DNA of 64,000 nt. Origin: an uncultured Gammaproteobacteria bacterium (GTDB lineage Bacteria > Patescibacteriota > Microgenomatia > JALYQM01). Positions 9,122-19,397 of the stretch are shown here, in pieces. The notes beneath the pieces are model-generated. The model was given only the letters and a program-made list of their open reading frames with translations. It did no database searches and had not been told where the DNA came from. Within the stretch, counting starts at the first letter, position 1. The number at the start of each line of letters is the position of its first letter. The position numbers were made by a program, and so were the translations under genes. Location: contig CAZHTP010000002.1 in the NCBI GenBank assembly GCA_964535655.1, positions 154,054 through 218,053 of the forward strand. The letters are read 5' to 3'.

Positions 9122-11083
9122 TTACTTCCAACTCGGTAACCAATAATAATTTTCCCTCGTCATTTCAGGAACCAATACGCCGGTTACGTGAGGATAAAAA
9201 TAAACAAAAGTAACCAGCACCAGGCCTAAATAAACAAATACTGCAATTCTTCCGTATTTCTTCCATTTTGTATAAATAGAATAAAGCGCATACGCCATAA
9301 GGGGGTAAAAGAATGTCATAGGCGGGAAAAAGTGATAAAAGAACATAATACGAGGCGATCTGGCCCACGGTAGCCATAACCCAGCAAAGGCAATAAAAAT
9401 TACAAATAAGGGCATAACTTTCTTAAGCATAGCTTGCTCCTTTGGCAACTTAGTGAACACTAAATCAAATAGCTGAACACCAACAAGAAACACATATAAC
9501 AACATCCCAAAGAGCATAACTTGCGGCAATACGCCGTATACTACAACGCCTATCTGATCAAATATACTTTTCACTTCTTGCGGGCGGACATAATTAGCAT
9601 TCCACTGTATCAGTAATAAGAAAGCAGCTGGAATTATTGCATAGAACCAAACTCGATATTTTCCAATTAAATACACAGAGATTAATGCAAGCGTTGGGAA
9701 GATCATCCAGAATATTGTTGGGTTACCCATGGTATAAATATCGGCGATCGTTTTATTCGTTCCAGAGTGTGCAAAGCTCTCTTTACAGCGCAGAGCATTG
9801 AGTGATGCACCTACTTCATCCCCAGAGTTACAATACTGCACATAAAACCACACTGGGCGTAAATCCATTGGCCACATCCACCATTGGGACTGATAACTAT
9901 GGGTAGCTTTCAAGTTAGTATGATACCACCACATTTGTTTTTGCAGTCCCCACCAAATCCAGTACCGGTCAGCAAAGGTTGCGTTAAATGAGTATAATGG
10001 TCGCCAAAAACGAATAGACCTTAATTTTTCTTGCAGGTCAGCTTTTACTTTATTTTTGTCACAATAATCGGGAACAGACTCATATCCCGTACAGTTACCA
10101 TCGTTGATCATCTTCAACCGTTCTTGCAGTGACTTAGCGTCATTTTCCCACTGATTATATTTCATGATATCAACAAGCGAATTTCCTTTGTAATCGTAAA
10201 TCGGCATCGTAAAAAGCTGCCAGTACGAAAGAAGGTAGATGATAAAAGGGATAAAAAGAATACACGTAAACCCTAATACAACTTGCTGAACAAACAGTAG
10301 CGCATTCACTTTTATAGTCGGCCTATGGTGGATCAAATAATAAAATAGAGTTAACAATTGATACGCGCCCATAATTCCAATGGCAAAAAGCGGTGTCCAT
10401 TTGGAAGCAACTGCACAGCCAAGAAAGAATGAAGTAAGGAGCCAATATAATAGGCTTAGCCGGTGGTTAAGCAAGTGTGATGGCAAATCCTCACGCGATT
10501 CTCTCTTTGTAAAAAAGTAAAATGCAAAAAGAAGGAATGTAACGGCAAAAATATCATTCATGGCAGTGCGGGATTGAACCAGCGGAAGTAAATCAAAAGT
10601 AAAAAGGAATGCGGCAATCACACCTATCCATTTATTCTTAAATACAGATCCCGCTAAAAGGAAAATCGCGACGGTGGCCAGAACACCAAAAAATGCAGAG
10701 AAAAATCTCCATCCAAAGGCTGAGTTCGCGAGAATTTTATTCGTTTTCTTTTCAGCTTCCTGCTCTTCTTTTGTCTGCACTTGTTCAGGATGGGTTATTT
10801 TAGTTGGTAGCTGTCCGGGTCCCCCAACCATTTGTACCCCCCACGACATTATTACCTTAGCAAGAGGTGGATGTGTCCATTCATACGCAACTCCATCCGG
10901 TGGAGTTTCCCACCAAACCCATGCCTCATACCTGTTTAGTGCAAACATTTTTGCTGTAAATGCGTGATAGACTTCGTCAAAAACATATTCAGGAATTGAA
11001 CCTATTTGCCAAAATCGGGTAAAGGTACAGAGGATTAATAGAGTGACGATCCAAAATTGCCACTTTTGTATTATTTTTTTCAT
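9122..11083 (-). CDS. GT-C fold glycosyltransferase, PMT/GT39-like (lipid-carrier-dependent)
   Basis: 653 aa, polytopic. FDEVYHAFTA (the DE-containing first-loop motif of the PMT/ArnT family) and a large Trp-rich loop domain. Confidence 0.65.
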   Translation of the reverse strand: MKKIIQKWQFWIVTLLILCTFTRFWQIGSIPEYVFDEVYHAFTAKMFALNRYEAWVWWETPPDGVAYEWTHPPLAKVIMSWGVQMVGGPGQLPTKITHPEQVQTKEEQEAEKKTNKILANSAFGWRFFSAFFGVLATVAIFLLAGSVFKNKWIGVIAAFLFTFDLLPLVQSRTAMNDIFAVTFLLFAFYFFTKRESREDLPSHLLNHRLSLLYWLLTSFFLGCAVASKWTPLFAIGIMGAYQLLTLFYYLIHHRPTIKVNALLFVQQVVLGFTCILFIPFIIYLLSYWQLFTMPIYDYKGNSLVDIMKYNQWENDAKSLQERLKMINDGNCTGYESVPDYCDKNKVKADLQEKLRSIRFWRPLYSFNATFADRYWIWWGLQKQMWWYHTNLKATHSYQSQWWMWPMDLRPVWFYVQYCNSGDEVGASLNALRCKESFAHSGTNKTIADIYTMGNPTIFWMIFPTLALISVYLIGKYRVWFYAIIPAAFLLLIQWNANYVRPQEVKSIFDQIGVVVYGVLPQVMLFGMLLYVFLVGVQLFDLVFTKLPKEQAMLKKVMPLFVIFIAFAGLWLPWARSPRIMFFYHFFPPMTFFYPLMAYALYSIYTKWKKYGRIAVFVYLGLVLVTFVYFYPHVTGVLVPEMTRENYYWLPSWK

Positions 11084-11089
11084 ATTCTC

Positions 11090-12466
11090 CTACTTTTTAA
11101 TATGTTCAGGCGCTAAACGTTTAATATAGTGTGGAGCAGAAACAACAAATATCCCATATATGAGCAATTGTATGTAAGACCAGGTAGTAAGGTAGGATTC
11201 TACGAAATAGTAAAAGGTATTAGCAGTAGGAACATTTATTCGCGGCTGAGCGAGGAAGTAGAGATAAAATACATATACGTAATACAAATTAAGCGAGTGC
11301 AGAAGCATCGTTAGTATAAACAAGGCCCAGGCTAGCATGACAAGCAATAGGTCTTTCTTTGCGCGTCTCTCACCATTTAAATAGTGAAGGGTATACAATC
11401 CGGCAAAGAGAATGAAGTAAACAAAGAGGGGGTACAAATATCTTTCGTGCATTCGTGTCATAAACATAACAGCCGAGAAGACAAAATAAGTAGAAAGAAG
11501 TGCAGCATTCTTTTCCACAAGCTCTCTCTTTGGCGAATACAGAGCACGAATTCCAAAATAAAAACCACCTACAAGGGTAAGGCCCCAAACTAAGTAGCCA
11601 AAAAATCGTTGAGTCATTCCAAATAAATACACTGTTGTGTCGGGCTTCCAGAAGCCCAATATGCCCCAATAATTAAAGGTGTTTATAGAAGAATACGGGT
11701 AAACATCAACAGAGTTTTGCAGCAATCCCCACATCCCACTCAAGGCAGTAATGCCAAAGAAAGGCATAGTTAAAACATAAAAAGTTACCATTGAATAAAG
11801 TACAGATTTCGCAAGAAGCATCCAGTTCCATTCTTTTATAAATAAGAGTAAATAGAATGGAGCGAGCACAACAGCCTGAGGCTTAATTACTGCCGCTACA
11901 ACAAAGATTACGCAAGAGATTGAGAGCTGCTTTTTTAGAACATAGTAAAAAGATAAAAGTAGAAAAAATACATATACAGAATCTACTTGACCCCATGCTG
12001 CACTTGTTAAAATGGTGAAGGGGCTCAACAAATAAAGACCCGCTACAATTTCTGGCAAATAAAACATTTTGACTTGCGCAAAACCTGCATATTTATGGCT
12101 TAGGTATATCATTATCTTATATAATAATACGCCTGTTAAAATATCAAAAAGCATGGGAACGGATTTATGCAGAAACTCATATAGCTCCCGTGAAGCAGAT
12201 GAAAAAAACGCGTGTTTAATAGCCGCTACTAACCACATAAAATACATATATCCCGGGGCGTAGTCACTCCATATACCACTCTTGTAAAACCGCCCTGGCC
12301 CAACCATAAGCATCTGTTCGCCCCACGCTATAAACGAATCCATATCACTTTTAAATGGAGGAAAAGTTGCAAAAAAGAGCCGTACTAATACCGCGAAACT
12401 CGCAATAGTAAAAAATTTTATATGACGTTTAATCATTCTTATACATCGCTCCTTCTCTTCGTTCAA
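11090..12466 (-). CDS. Polytopic membrane protein, GT-C-like glycosyltransferase (tentative)
   Basis: 458 aa with at least 10 hydrophobic helices, in a cluster with GT-C genes. Confidence 0.45.
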   Translation of the reverse strand: MNEEKERCIRMIKRHIKFFTIASFAVLVRLFFATFPPFKSDMDSFIAWGEQMLMVGPGRFYKSGIWSDYAPGYMYFMWLVAAIKHAFFSSASRELYEFLHKSVPMLFDILTGVLLYKIMIYLSHKYAGFAQVKMFYLPEIVAGLYLLSPFTILTSAAWGQVDSVYVFFLLLSFYYVLKKQLSISCVIFVVAAVIKPQAVVLAPFYLLLFIKEWNWMLLAKSVLYSMVTFYVLTMPFFGITALSGMWGLLQNSVDVYPYSSINTFNYWGILGFWKPDTTVYLFGMTQRFFGYLVWGLTLVGGFYFGIRALYSPKRELVEKNAALLSTYFVFSAVMFMTRMHERYLYPLFVYFILFAGLYTLHYLNGERRAKKDLLLVMLAWALFILTMLLHSLNLYYVYVFYLYFLAQPRINVPTANTFYYFVESYLTTWSYIQLLIYGIFVVSAPHYIKRLAPEHIKK

Positions 12467-13949
12467 CAGTAACTCCCCCTGGATACGCGCGAGTCCACTT
12501 AACAGTACCTTTTTTAATTACCGTCTTTTTCCATCCATCCGAACCATACGGATTCTTGGGATCATCCTTTTCAATTATTAAGTAAAATAAACTATCTTTA
12601 CTATCATTTGGTACGTACGAATATTTAGTAGAGCCTCGCCACCAGAAAAGATAATTATAATTGTAATCATAAATTGGTGGCGTGTATACAAATGCGCCAA
12701 ACGGCTTTCCTTGACTGTCAGCATAAATATCGTCAATAATGCGGATTTCATTTCGAAAAGTCCCTGGATTAGTATCAACAACCTCAGAATGCCCCCAATA
12801 GTGGGAATAGGTGTAGACACTCCATATAAGCAATAGCGCACTCAAAACTAAAAAATTTACCTGATGTAATTTCATAAATCGGGACATAGCATATGCAACA
12901 AAAAAGTAATAACTTACCTGAAGGCCAACCCAATACCATTCCCAGGCCGGGCGGGGATACAGAAGAAAAAAGGCAAAGAACCACAGAGGGCAAGCAAGGA
13001 AGAAAAGAATTCGCTTACCTTCGAGTGAATCAAGTTTATACATGGTGCGAAAAACATACGCAAGGCCAATCAATGCAAACAAATAGCGGAAAAAGTCGGC
13101 TCCTGAAACAGTATTAATCGTCGCTTTACGTATTTCATCAAGTCGATAGTAAAGGCGAGTAGGGTACGGAATTGATTCTCCCAAGCTTACATTTTTACCT
13201 TCGAGTAATTGGATAATTGATCGAGACATTAAGAATTCATGTTTAAGATCAAATAATATTTGAGCTGAAAATGAAAGCAAAAAGAGTAGAATCATATACC
13301 AAAAATAGTTGTTTGCGTAGAATTTTTTGATAAAAAACAGTGATAAAATGATAGCTACCAAAATTAGATTCCCGCCAAAAGCAAGTTCAAATTGAGCGAT
13401 CACTCCAGAAATAACTCCACACCAGAGCAAATATTTTGGATTTTTTAGTGCTTTATGCATGCAATACATAAAGAAAATCATACAGAATGGAATCCAATAA
13501 GGGTTCCAGAAAATAGTCGAAAAGCTTATAGATGCGGGAGAAAGTGCAAAGAATAATGCGACAATTATGCCAAACAATCGACCATACATTGTTCGACCAA
13601 ACAGGTAACATAATAAAGTTCCAAGTACTCCTAAGAAACCCATGGTAAAAATATTGGCAGCGGGGTTACCTTCGGATATCAGAAAAGGCATCGCCAAAAG
13701 GTAATAATGCAGAGGTCCTTGGAATACTCCCTGCAGACCAGTAAAAGGACCAATAAGTGTAGGATGATGATTAACGACTATATTTTTTACCTCAAGCATA
13801 TCCCTGCCGTGATCAAAAAGGAAAGGGAAACCACCATCAAATACAGGAGTAAAGCGAATAACACCAGTAAGAACCATCGCCAGGATTACGAGTATGTAGT
13901 CAAATTTATGATGTATTATTTCGTTAGCTAAGCTGCGTCCAAACCCCAT
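12429..13949 (-). CDS. GT-C fold glycosyltransferase (ArnT/PMT_2-like)
   Basis: 506 aa, polytopic, with a soluble C-terminal domain. Clustered with dTDP-sugar genes. Confidence 0.5.
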   Translation of the reverse strand: MGFGRSLANEIIHHKFDYILVILAMVLTGVIRFTPVFDGGFPFLFDHGRDMLEVKNIVVNHHPTLIGPFTGLQGVFQGPLHYYLLAMPFLISEGNPAANIFTMGFLGVLGTLLCYLFGRTMYGRLFGIIVALFFALSPASISFSTIFWNPYWIPFCMIFFMYCMHKALKNPKYLLWCGVISGVIAQFELAFGGNLILVAIILSLFFIKKFYANNYFWYMILLFLLSFSAQILFDLKHEFLMSRSIIQLLEGKNVSLGESIPYPTRLYYRLDEIRKATINTVSGADFFRYLFALIGLAYVFRTMYKLDSLEGKRILFFLACPLWFFAFFLLYPRPAWEWYWVGLQVSYYFFVAYAMSRFMKLHQVNFLVLSALLLIWSVYTYSHYWGHSEVVDTNPGTFRNEIRIIDDIYADSQGKPFGAFVYTPPIYDYNYNYLFWWRGSTKYSYVPNDSKDSLFYLIIEKDDPKNPYGSDGWKKTVIKKGTVKWTRAYPGGVTVERREGAMYKND

Positions 13950-14022
13950 ATTAGATATATTATACCTAATAAAAGCACACTATGTCATGAGGATGTGATA
14001 CTATTTCGGGAAAGGAGAGATT

Positions 14023-14862
14023 ATGAAGATTTTAATCATTGGAAACGGCTATGTTGGAGCTCGTTGCGCAGCAGCATGGAGCGATAGCGTTAGCTCAACA
14101 AAACGAGTCAATTCGGTCGACGATGCCCTCGAAATCCTTGAAGAACATCAGCCTGATGTGGTGCTAAATGCTGCAGGAGTGACGGGAAAACCTAACGTCG
14201 ATTGGTGCGAAACTAATCAACTGGTAACGGTAAACGGGAACACCATTTTGCCCTGGCTAATTGCTGAAGCCTGCCGGAAAAAGAATACCTATCTTCTTCA
14301 TGTTGGCACTGGCTGCATTTTTTATGGTCCTGCTCCTGACACTAAAGGCTGGAAGGAAGAAGATTTTGCCAATCCTTTATCCGTTTATTCGAAGGCTAAA
14401 TATGCTTCAGATTTCCTTTTATCTACTCTTGATAATGTTGGCATTGCTCGTATCCGCTTGCCCATCGACTACATTCCTTCCGACAAAAATCTTATTACAC
14501 GCTTTACCAAATATAAAACAATTCTTGATGTAGAAAATAGCATCACCGCCCTTGAAGATATGGTTCGCGTCTTTAGATTACTCCTTGAAAAGAAAGCCAG
14601 TGGAATTTTTCATTGCACTCAAAAAGGTGGAATTCACTATCGCCGGTTTATAGAACTATATAATAAATATATCGACCCAAATGACATCAAAGAGTTTATA
14701 ACTGAAGAAGAATTAGTGAAGCGTGGCAGTGTCTCTAAAAACCGCGCAACAAATGTCCTTCAGTCCTTTAATCTTGAAAAATATGGTATTCAAATGCGTG
14801 GAGTCGATGAAATGGTGACTGAAACTATGCAGCGGTACGCTGAACAGCTGCATCAACATTAG
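14023..14862 (+). CDS. NAD(P)-dependent sugar-nucleotide reductase/epimerase (RmlD-like)
   Basis: MKILIIGNGYVGARCA Rossmann N-terminus and SKAKYASD (YxxxK-type). Sits next to rmlB/rmlA. Confidence 0.5.
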   Translation: MKILIIGNGYVGARCAAAWSDSVSSTKRVNSVDDALEILEEHQPDVVLNAAGVTGKPNVDWCETNQLVTVNGNTILPWLIAEACRKKNTYLLHVGTGCIFYGPAPDTKGWKEEDFANPLSVYSKAKYASDFLLSTLDNVGIARIRLPIDYIPSDKNLITRFTKYKTILDVENSITALEDMVRVFRLLLEKKASGIFHCTQKGGIHYRRFIELYNKYIDPNDIKEFITEEELVKRGSVSKNRATNVLQSFNLEKYGIQMRGVDEMVTETMQRYAEQLHQH

Positions 14863-15829
14863 GTCGACCCTGCTTCAAAGGCTGCCACCACCAGGTATTA
14901 TCTTTATACCAGTTAATGGTTTCATCAATGCCTTTTTCAAAGGTATAGCTTAGATCCCATCCCATGTTCATAAGTTTTGAGGCGTCAATCGAATAGCGTA
15001 AGTCATGGCCTAAGCGATGCTCAACTTTTTCAATCCATGAATCATCTTTACCAAAATGTTTTAAGATTATTTCAGTGATTTGTTTATTTGTATGTTCCTC
15101 ATTGCCACCAATACAATAGCGTTCTCCAATAGTCCCTTTATGAACTATAAAGTCAATGGCGCGACAATGGTCTTTAACATGGAGCCAGTCTCTAATATTC
15201 TCGCCATTGCCCATCAAAGGCAATTTCTTCCCTTCAATAAGGTTAGTTATAAAGCGAGGTATCAACTTCTCCGGATCCTGGTACAGTCCATAATTATTGG
15301 AACAATTGGAAACTGTCACCGGCAGGCCGTACGCACTCCCATAACTAAAGGTCAATAAATCAGAAGAAGCTTTCGATGCCGAATAAGGCATGCGTGGCTT
15401 TATTGGTGATTTTTCATTAAAAGAAGGCTCATCCAGTGTTAGTTGACCAAACACTTCATCTGTCGAAACATGATGATATCGTGAAACCTTATTTCTTCGT
15501 GCTGCATCAAGCAGTAGTCCTGTGCCTAACACATTAGTACGAACAAATGTCATTGGGTCAAGGATAGATCGATCAACATGTGATTCTGCGGCAAAGTGGA
15601 CAACAAGGTCAACACCTTTCATAACTTCATCAACAACAGAAGCATCGGTGATGTCCCCTTTAACAAAAGAATAGTTGGGATTATTTTCGACGTCTTTTAA
15701 ATTTTCTAAATGCCCCGCATAGGTAAGCACATCAAGGTTGACTACTTTGTCTTCAGCATGCTCAGTTAACCAGTGATGGACAAAGTTGGAACCAATAAAC
15801 CCAGCACCGCCCGTAATCAATACTTTCAT
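14825..15829 (-). CDS. rfbB: dTDP-glucose 4,6-dehydratase
   Basis: MKVLITGGAGFIGSNFVHHWL and YSASKASSDLL (YxxxK). Confidence 0.85.
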   Translation of the reverse strand: MKVLITGGAGFIGSNFVHHWLTEHAEDKVVNLDVLTYAGHLENLKDVENNPNYSFVKGDITDASVVDEVMKGVDLVVHFAAESHVDRSILDPMTFVRTNVLGTGLLLDAARRNKVSRYHHVSTDEVFGQLTLDEPSFNEKSPIKPRMPYSASKASSDLLTFSYGSAYGLPVTVSNCSNNYGLYQDPEKLIPRFITNLIEGKKLPLMGNGENIRDWLHVKDHCRAIDFIVHKGTIGERYCIGGNEEHTNKQITEIILKHFGKDDSWIEKVEHRLGHDLRYSIDASKLMNMGWDLSYTFEKGIDETINWYKDNTWWWQPLKQGRPNVDAAVQRTAA

Positions 15830-15838
15830 GAAGCCTCC

Positions 15839-16918
15839 TTAGACATTAACCTGACATTTTTCACCGATAAATAATTTAATTGTTGAAGTTGGGCCATCTG
15901 TATGGCCAATTTCACTTTCTGCGCCAATTAAACTTGAATCAATTGGTTGTGGAACATGAAGTATCTTTACATTATTTAGAACAACACTATTTTGAATATC
16001 GCTTCCTTCAATGAGGCAATTATCACTAATCGAGGTAAAGGGGCCGACAAATGCGTTATTAAGGACAACATTATCTCCTAACACTACTGGACCTCGAATA
16101 TGCGAATTAATAATTTGGCAATCTTTACCTATCTTAACTCGATTCTCAATGGTCGAAGTTTCATCAGGGGTACTGTGCATATCAGACTCTAAGGTACTAT
16201 CGAGTATGTATTGATTAGATTCAATCCAATCGCCAAACTTACCAGGGTCAAGCCATTTGCCAGTATATTCTAAAACATCGACCCTATAGCCACGATCAAT
16301 CAACCACTGATAGGGAGAGCTTATCTCAAGTTCGCCCCGTGCAGATGGAACAATTTTTTCATCACCTTTAAAACACTTAAATACATTCGTATCAAAAAAG
16401 TACAAACCAGGAATCGCAAAATCGTGCGGTGGGTCCAAAGGTTTCTCTACATACTTAATCATTCGCCCATTTTCATCAAAATAGGGAACACCCAAACGTC
16501 GATTTTCTTTATGATGTAGCATCGTTACAAGACCATTCGGCTTCTCTTTTTCAAAATACTCAACAAATTCTTTAATTCCTTCTGTAAAAATATTATCTCC
16601 CAAGTGCATTACAAATGAGTCCCCATTAAGCCACTCTTCGCATACTTGGAAAATGTTAGGCAACCCAAGAGGTTTTTCCTGGGCAATGAAAGTGAACTGA
16701 ACATTCCATCGTGAGCCATCACCAAGAAGAGAAGTTACCATTTCATAAAAAGAAGGATCATAAGTAATACCAATTTCCTTGATACCCGCTTCAACTATCG
16801 TCTCAATCGGATAAAAAATTAAAGGTTTATTAGCTACAGGAATAAAATGTTTATTTGAAGAAAACGTCAAAGGACGCATTCGTGTGCCACGACCGCCAGT
16901 AGGGATGATTGCTTTCAT
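15839..16918 (-). CDS. rmlA: Glucose-1-phosphate thymidylyltransferase, long form with C-terminal left-handed beta-helix
   Basis: MKAIIPTGGRGTRMRPLT (G-x-G-T-R-x-x-P-x-T NTP-transferase motif). The 359-aa length and hexapeptide repeats at the C-terminus fit the long form. Confidence 0.75.
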   Translation of the reverse strand: MKAIIPTGGRGTRMRPLTFSSNKHFIPVANKPLIFYPIETIVEAGIKEIGITYDPSFYEMVTSLLGDGSRWNVQFTFIAQEKPLGLPNIFQVCEEWLNGDSFVMHLGDNIFTEGIKEFVEYFEKEKPNGLVTMLHHKENRRLGVPYFDENGRMIKYVEKPLDPPHDFAIPGLYFFDTNVFKCFKGDEKIVPSARGELEISSPYQWLIDRGYRVDVLEYTGKWLDPGKFGDWIESNQYILDSTLESDMHSTPDETSTIENRVKIGKDCQIINSHIRGPVVLGDNVVLNNAFVGPFTSISDNCLIEGSDIQNSVVLNNVKILHVPQPIDSSLIGAESEIGHTDGPTSTIKLFIGEKCQVNV

Positions 16919-16951
16919 GTAGAGCTATCCTAATCTCATAACTTTAAATTG

Positions 16952-17827
16952 TCAAATCTTTTTTGCATATACAATCATATTGTCACCAAAGTATAAATAC
17001 AACCATCGAGTTCCGAACAACTTCATCATAATCTTCGAATTCATAAACCGTTCAAAAAAAGGTATATTAAAATGTTTAGCTACCCGGGCAATATAGGGAT
17101 AGGTTAGCCATTTCCCCATACTCTCAATTTTTATAACCTGATATCCTGATTGTTTAAGCAATTCAGTAACTGTTTTGCGAGACAAAAAGAAATAATGGTG
17201 CGGAGGAGCAAAGAAATGATTATGTGTACCCAATATCTGGGCATAAAGTGAACCAACATCGCCAGTGCCAATAACAAGCAGCCCACCCTTTTTAATCGAC
17301 TCAGATAATTTTATTAAATCTTTTTTAGGGTCAGATAGATGTTCAATAAGATCAAACATAAGTACTACATCAAATGAATTAGCCGGAAAATTAGCTTTAT
17401 GTAATGGTGTAGTTTGGATTTTATCTTTCAAGTGAGAGGAAGCCAGACCAGTTATATAGGCTGAAGTATCTATACCGCTTACAGAGTAGCCTTTTTTCAA
17501 CGCTTCATCCATAAAAAATCCGGCAGCACAACCTACATCCAATAACGCTCCATGGTCGGTTATCTGGTAAATTTTTTCTAGATAATGAGCGGCATTCTTG
17601 CGTACCATCGGTTCTTCAGAGAGGTAGTCCGCATATCCAAACTTTTCATCTTTCCCCATGAAATAGCCTTCACGGTAATATTTCTCTAAGAATTGATCAT
17701 AATCTTGATCCGTTTCCAACGTGTACAGCCCACACGTATCACAATGCAAAATTGTGAACCCATTCTTAACAAAGCCAATTTGAAAATATCCTCCACAGGA
17801 CAAGTAACACGCATCAAGTCGTTTCAT
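16952..17827 (-). CDS. Class I SAM-dependent methyltransferase
   Basis: LLDVGCAAGFF (motif I) followed by an acidic motif II. Confidence 0.7.
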   Translation of the reverse strand: MKRLDACYLSCGGYFQIGFVKNGFTILHCDTCGLYTLETDQDYDQFLEKYYREGYFMGKDEKFGYADYLSEEPMVRKNAAHYLEKIYQITDHGALLDVGCAAGFFMDEALKKGYSVSGIDTSAYITGLASSHLKDKIQTTPLHKANFPANSFDVVLMFDLIEHLSDPKKDLIKLSESIKKGGLLVIGTGDVGSLYAQILGTHNHFFAPPHHYFFLSRKTVTELLKQSGYQVIKIESMGKWLTYPYIARVAKHFNIPFFERFMNSKIMMKLFGTRWLYLYFGDNMIVYAKKI

Positions 17828-17828
17828 A

Positions 17829-19397
17829 TTATTTTTTTATATACTCGTATACTAAATAGGGACCAAACCGCGCAGAAGTTCCCGGCGACAATTGTGGTTC
17901 AGAAGTAGATTGAATCATGTAATATTTAACAGAATCTCCTTTAGCTGTTTCTATCTCTCTTTTTAACACATTTTCCCAGTAATAGTGAGCAGCAGTATTA
18001 AGTGCTTGCACGGTAGGCTTTTCGATATCGGTACTTATAACATACGATGTGCCTCCTTTTGCTATAGAATCCGACTGCGCCCACTTCATTGCATTATCTA
18101 AAAATACATACGGTATATCCGAAAAATTGCTTAAAGCGCCTAATGGATAATCGTAATGCTCAATAAAAGAAAAATAACGAACAATATAGATTACCCACCA
18201 GGATGAAATCAAAATAGGTATCATAAGTAGTGAATACGCGCTGGTTTTCCATGAGCGCTGCAACAATAGGTGATAACAATCATTTATGCAAATACCAAAA
18301 AGAAGAGCGATCGACGGAAGGGCTAGGATAAAATACCGAGGAACAATGATGGGTACTTTTACAAAGGTCATAAACCATAACGGGCCAACAGCCCAAAGCA
18401 AAAGCAGAAGTCTAAATAATCGTCGTGATGTGTTTTTATGAAAAAGAACGATAATGCTATAAATAAGTACAACATAAAGAAGCGACGAAATAAATAGTTT
18501 GACTGGTGTGTTGAGAAATATTTGCGAATGAAAAACATCATTTGCATACCCAAGTTGCCATTGAAATCCACCACCAGGGATAACGTCAATATATGTACGC
18601 GCAACATCCAAAAATTGAAAATAAAAAGGTTTATCTTTAGCCTCAAATTTTTGAGTAGCACTAAAGAACGCGTTAAACATTGAAATATTACTACTATAAT
18701 AATACAGAGAAGGAATAAAGAGCACAGTTAATAAAGTTATTCCAAACCCTAGATATGTCTTAGATATGTCTTTTTTTATCTGTGCCAGAGAAATAACAAC
18801 ACTCGGTAAAATAAAATGAAGGCAACTTATATAAAGCTGAAATAAAACCCCCCACAGCAAAAGGAGTAAACTAACTAGTTTGGTTGAAGGTTTCTCTAAA
18901 AAAAGAAAAGTAACTAAAATACTGAAGCTGATAAAAGTCGGGACTGGTGTAGGTTGATACACCATTCGTGAAAAAATCTCCCACCACGGGTGAGTAGCTA
19001 AAAATAATCCTGCAAATAGTCCAGCAAGGGGAGAAAAATATTTTTTGCCGATATAAAGCATCACTACAATACTCGACATGTTTATAATCGCTGTGAGAGC
19101 AGAGACTACAAGGGGATTGGAAGAGATATAAAAAAGTGGCAGGTAAAAATATATTAGAGCCGGTCCCCAGGAATAATTACCCCAAGGTGATTCAAGAGTG
19201 TACGACTGGCTGGTAAGGTAACTACCATGCTCGATATAATCGTGTAAAACTAGTCCAAGGCGAGGCTGGTCATACCCAAACTCAATAGTATCCATCCAGC
19301 CAAGTCTGAGCACTAAATAAAGGAGCAATAGTAATCCCGAAAAAACGTAAAAATATATACTTTTAAATCGATACCACATATAATTTGAGTTATGCAA
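17829..19397 (-). CDS. Polytopic membrane protein, GT-C-like glycosyltransferase
   Basis: 522 aa with many TM helices and a soluble C-terminal domain. Confidence 0.5.
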   Translation of the reverse strand: MHNSNYMWYRFKSIYFYVFSGLLLLLYLVLRLGWMDTIEFGYDQPRLGLVLHDYIEHGSYLTSQSYTLESPWGNYSWGPALIYFYLPLFYISSNPLVVSALTAIINMSSIVVMLYIGKKYFSPLAGLFAGLFLATHPWWEIFSRMVYQPTPVPTFISFSILVTFLFLEKPSTKLVSLLLLLWGVLFQLYISCLHFILPSVVISLAQIKKDISKTYLGFGITLLTVLFIPSLYYYSSNISMFNAFFSATQKFEAKDKPFYFQFLDVARTYIDVIPGGGFQWQLGYANDVFHSQIFLNTPVKLFISSLLYVVLIYSIIVLFHKNTSRRLFRLLLLLWAVGPLWFMTFVKVPIIVPRYFILALPSIALLFGICINDCYHLLLQRSWKTSAYSLLMIPILISSWWVIYIVRYFSFIEHYDYPLGALSNFSDIPYVFLDNAMKWAQSDSIAKGGTSYVISTDIEKPTVQALNTAAHYYWENVLKREIETAKGDSVKYYMIQSTSEPQLSPGTSARFGPYLVYEYIKK